A stretch of DNA of 64,000 bases from Eledone cirrhosa (Eukaryota), in contig OZ024763.1 of assembly GCA_964016885.1 (NCBI GenBank), forward strand, positions 26,908,001 through 26,972,000. The letters run 5' to 3'. Shown piece by piece: positions 57,722 through 64,000 of this stretch. Every line of letters starts with the position of its first letter. Within the stretch, counting starts at the first letter, position 1. Below the pieces are notes generated by a model. It ran no database searches and was not told the origin of the DNA. It saw only the letters and a list, made by a program, of their open reading frames with translations. A program made the position numbers and the translations under genes.

Positions 57722-58889
57722 ATTAGAAACTCCATTTTATGTCCCAAATGCAAAGTATGGGTGCATAAAAGATGTAGTGGGATCACAGGTAAGCTAACTA
57801 AGAACATAGATTTTACATGTGGCCGGTGCTCTGGTGCAATAAGTAGCAGCAAGTGCCCACAAAATACTAGCTCCTTCAACTGCGCAGAGGGTTCTATAGA
57901 AATAGTGGACAGCTTCCGTTACCTGGGTGACAAAATCAGCAGTGGGGGAGGGTGCTCTGAAAGTACAGTAGCTAGAGTCAGAACTGGATGGAAAAAGTTC
58001 AGAGAGCTTATACCACTATTAGCCGCTAGAGGGTTCTCCCTAAAAATGAAAGGCAGGTTGTATGATGCCTGCATACGAACAGCAATGCTGCATGGCAGTG
58101 AGACCTGGGCATTGTGTGCAGAGGATATACGCAGACTAGAGAGGAACGAAGCTTGCATGCTCCGCTGGATGTGCAATAGTAATATACGTGAACGGCAAAG
58201 CATAAACGAACTAAGGAAAAAATTAGAAATAAGAGGGATCAGATGTTGTTTACTCGAGAGAAGGTAAATGATAAATTCCGACATGATAAATTCCGACCTC
58301 ACACGCTTACACCTCTCCAAGACAATGTCACTGGACCGAGACCTTTGGCGGTACTCAGTAATAGAGAAGACCCGCCTTACCTAAATACAAAGTAAAAACC
58401 TACTACAGTCAGTAGGCATCTCTATCAAAACACACCCCGTCCCACCACCTCCACCCCATCCACACCGCCCCTTTCGATGTAAAGTTATGTTGGTCCCACA
58501 ACATCCAGGCCGAAACAAATGAGATCGTGTAGGTGTCACGACAAAAAAACACACAGTCCACGCTGTAAATGTGGCCGTGTAGGCAACACGGTAAAAACCT
58601 CCCAGCCCCACACTGTAAATGTGGTTGGTGTTAGGAAGGGCATCCAGCTGTAGAAAACCCGCCAGACAGTCCACGCTGTAAATGTGGCCGTATAGGCAAC
58701 ACGGTAAAAACCTCCCAGCCCCACACTGTAAATGTGGTTGGTGTTAGGAAGGGCATCCAGCTGTAGAAAACCCGCCAGACAGTCCTATGCGAGCAAGACA
58801 ACCACTCTTGCCTCAAGTGGGAAAACCCCCGTCCAAACCCATGCAAGCGTGGAACACGGACGCTAAACCTGATGATGATGATGATGATG

Positions 58890-58890
<1 letters not shown>
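57722..58890 (+). mobile_element. 5'-truncated RTE LINE with an internal deletion near 58265
   Basis: RNSILCPKCKVWVHKRC...CCLLERR; the 3' UTR carries a duplicated segment of about 120 bp and a (GAT)n tail. Confidence 0.88.
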
Positions 58891-61110
<2,220 letters not shown>

Positions 61111-61440
61111 ATGGCTTGAGCTCAGCAGTCGGAGTCCTACTCATTACTATTACCCACTCTACTACCCTAAGTATTGAGTACTTTGGTGCGTTATGGTCCA
61201 CCTGGTTCCTTACCACATTTCCTTTGTTATATATAAATACATATATATATGTAGTTGTTATATAGTAAGGTGTATTATTAGTTGTGCAAAACGGTCCAAT
61301 AAACTTTTGTTAGCAATATTAAGTTCTCCACGCTTTTGTATATCTCCAATTCCATTCAAGGGAACAGCTAGCTGATGTAAAACGGAGTATTAGTATCAGA
61401 ATGAAAATCCGAAGGCAAGGTAAAATTTCCAATCATTTTA

Positions 61441-61516
61441 ATCCCGACACATGTTTCAATAAGAGATAGATCGATCATGAAGCCATGATCAATTATCACT
61501 GATCTCATCAGTGATA
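61441..61516 (-). ncRNA. Hammerhead core with weak stem I (family G)
   Basis: Minus strand has CTGATGA, a long stem II (attgatcatg/catgatcgat), then GAAA CATGTG TC with a GUC triplet. The 5' strand of stem I appears replaced by a local foldback. Confidence 0.48.
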
Positions 61517-61584
61517 TATGTAAATATATATACATATATATATATACATTATATATGTATATATATACATATATATGTATCATC

Positions 61585-61962
61585 ATCATCATATTACGTT
61601 CGCTTTTCCCTGCTTGCAAGGGTGGGACGGGAACTGATTCTGGCTTGATTTCTACAGCTGGATGCCCTTCCTAACACTAACCTCATTTACAGTGAGTGCT
61701 GGGTGCTTTTTTTCCGTGGCACCTCCACGACCACTTTACAGTGTGGGCTGGGTGCTTTTTTTGCTGTGGCACCTCCACAACCACTTTGCAGTGGAATGAT
61801 AGGGACCTCAGTCCTATCATCTCATTTCTACAGCTGAGTAAACTGGAGCAATGTGTAATAAAGTGTCTTGCTCAAGGAAACAACACATCACCTGGTCTGA
61901 GAATTGAACTCACAACCTTTCGATTGCAAGGCCAATGCTCTAACCACTAAGCCATGTGCCTC
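61585..61962 (-). mobile_element. Full-length SINE family 2 copy
   Basis: Reverse complement of 24654-25032. Confidence 0.8.
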
Positions 61963-61963
61963 C

Positions 61964-62015
<52 letters not shown>

Positions 62016-62089
62016 GTATATATATATATATGTATATATATGTATATAAATATACATGTATATATATATATATATACGTATATATACAT

Positions 62090-64000
62090 GTCATCATTAT
62101 CATCGTTTAACATCTATCTTCCACGCTAGCATGGGTTTAGACGGGAATTGTCCCACTTGAGGCAAGATTGGTTGTCTTGCTCGTATAGGACTGTCTGGCG
62201 GGTTTTCTACGGCTGAATGCCCTTCCTAACACCAACCACATTTTTACAGTGTGGACTGGGAGGTTTTTACCATGTTACCTACACGGCCACATTACAAAGT
62301 GGACTGTGTGTTTTTTTGTCGTGACACCTACACGACCTCATTTATTTAAGACTGGATGGTTGTGGTACCAACATAACTTTACATCGAAGGGGTGTGAAGA
62401 TGGGGGTGGGGGTGTATTTTGGTTAAGAGGTGCCTACTGACTGTAGGTTTCGCTTTGTACTTAGGCAAGGCGGGTCTTCTGTATTACTGCGTAGCGCCAA
62501 TGATCTCGCTCCAGTGACATTGACTTGGAGAGGTGTAAGTGTGTAACGTCGGAATTAATCAAGTCATCCCAGGTTTTTCTGGGTCTGCCTACTCCTTAGC
62601 TACCATCTATTTTGATCGCCCTGCACTTTGTTATACAGCTGTCGTCTTTCATGCGCATCACGTGACCATACCAACGTAGTCTTCTCTCGAGTAAACAGCA
62701 TCTGATCCCTCTTATTCCTAATTTCTCACTTAGTTCATTTATGCTTTGCCGTTCACGTATATTACTATTACACATCCAGCGGAGCATGCAAGCTTCGTTC
62801 CTCTCCAGTCTGCGTATATCCTCTGCACACAATGCCCAAGTCTCACTGCCATGTAGCATTGCTGTTCGTATGCAGGCATCATACAGCCTGCCTTTCATTT
62901 TTAGAGAGAACCCTTTAGTGGCCAATAGTGGTATAAGCTCTCTGAACTGTTTCCATCCCGTTCTGACTCTAGCTACTGTACTTTCAGAGCACCCTCCACC
63001 ACCGCTGATTTTGTCACCCAGGTAACGGAAGCTGTCCACTATTTCTATAGAACCATCTGGGCAATGGAATGAACTAGTATCCTGTGGGGACTTGCTACTA
63101 CTTATTGCACCTGAGCACTGGCCACATATAAAATCTATGTTCTTAGTTAACTTACTTGTGATCCCACTACATCTTTTATGCAGCCATACTTTGCATTTGG
63201 GACATAAAATGGAGTTTCTGCCTACTCCTTTCCTAAACACTGAGCATGGCCATTTCCCAGAGGGGACCAGTGCCCTATTTTCCTTCCTACATACTAGAAC
63301 TTTAGTCTTAGACAAGTTAATTTTAAGGCCTTTTGATTCTAGGCCATGCTTCCATGTTTGGAATTTCTTCTCTAGTTCAGCCATTGATTCAGCTATGAGC
63401 GTTAGATCATCTGCGCATAGAAGTTCCCATGGGCAGCCGGCCTTGAACTCCTCTGTTATAATCTCCTCTGTTATAGTCTGAAGGGCAATAATAAATAGGA
63501 GGGGGCTAAGGACAGAACCCTGATGAACACCAACTTTTACGCTAAACTCTTCACTATATTCGTTGTTAATTCTAACCTTGCTGACTGTTTCTTTATACAT
63601 GGCTTGTATAGCTCTCACAAGCCATTCATCAACACATAGTTTTCTGAGAGCCCACCAGATAATGGGGCGTGGGACTCTGTCAAAGGCTTTCTCCAAGTCA
63701 ACAAAAGCTAAGTATAGGGGTTTACTTTTAGCTAGGTACTTCTCCTGTAGTTGTCGTACAAGGAAAAGAGCATCTGTGGTACTTTTACCTGACACAAACC
63801 CGAACTGCATTTCATCTAGATCAATTCGCTCTCCGATTAGTTGCGCTATTACTTTTTCTGTGACCTTCATGACCTGGTCAATTAATTTAATGCCTCTATA
63901 GTTTCCCCTATCTAGGGCATCTCCTTTACCCTTGTAGCAGTTAATGATGATGCTGCTACGCCAGTCCTTTGGTACAACCCCATTCTGTATGACTTGGTTT
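62090..64000 (-). mobile_element. RTE LINE ORF2 (reverse transcriptase), runs off the window end
   Basis: NYRGIKLIDQVMK, QFGF, AFVDLEKAFDRV, GVHQGSVLSPLLF, LCADD (YADD mutated), premature stop at 62596, 3' UTR to about 62090. Confidence 0.93.

Overview
AT-rich eukaryotic genomic DNA, dense in microsatellites and transposons. The repeat families (tRNA-derived SINEs, RTE LINEs, kb-long (TA)n tracts) suggest an animal genome, probably an octopus or other cephalopod; that assignment is inference. Most ORFs in the track are microsatellite artefacts. Two protein-coding genes are supported. The first is an intronless GALNT7-type polypeptide GalNAc-transferase CDS (40286-42139, +). The second is a spliced minus-strand gene of about 243 aa and unknown function, which I reconstructed from phase-compatible exons between 11186 and 20720. 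Transposon relics include RTE, CR1 and CRE-type non-LTR fragments, an Hsmar2-like mariner, MITEs and a Helitron-like element. Several tandem arrays are amplified from internal pieces of LINEs and SINEs. The most unusual signal is a set of at least six sequence-unrelated short non-coding elements, mostly within or next to (TA)n tracts, that carry type-I hammerhead ribozyme folds. Some have canonical cores, some have U4A or U4G core variants, and several are arranged as near-perfect palindromes whose axis falls on a ribozyme hairpin or core. All folds were made by eye and no activity is demonstrated.
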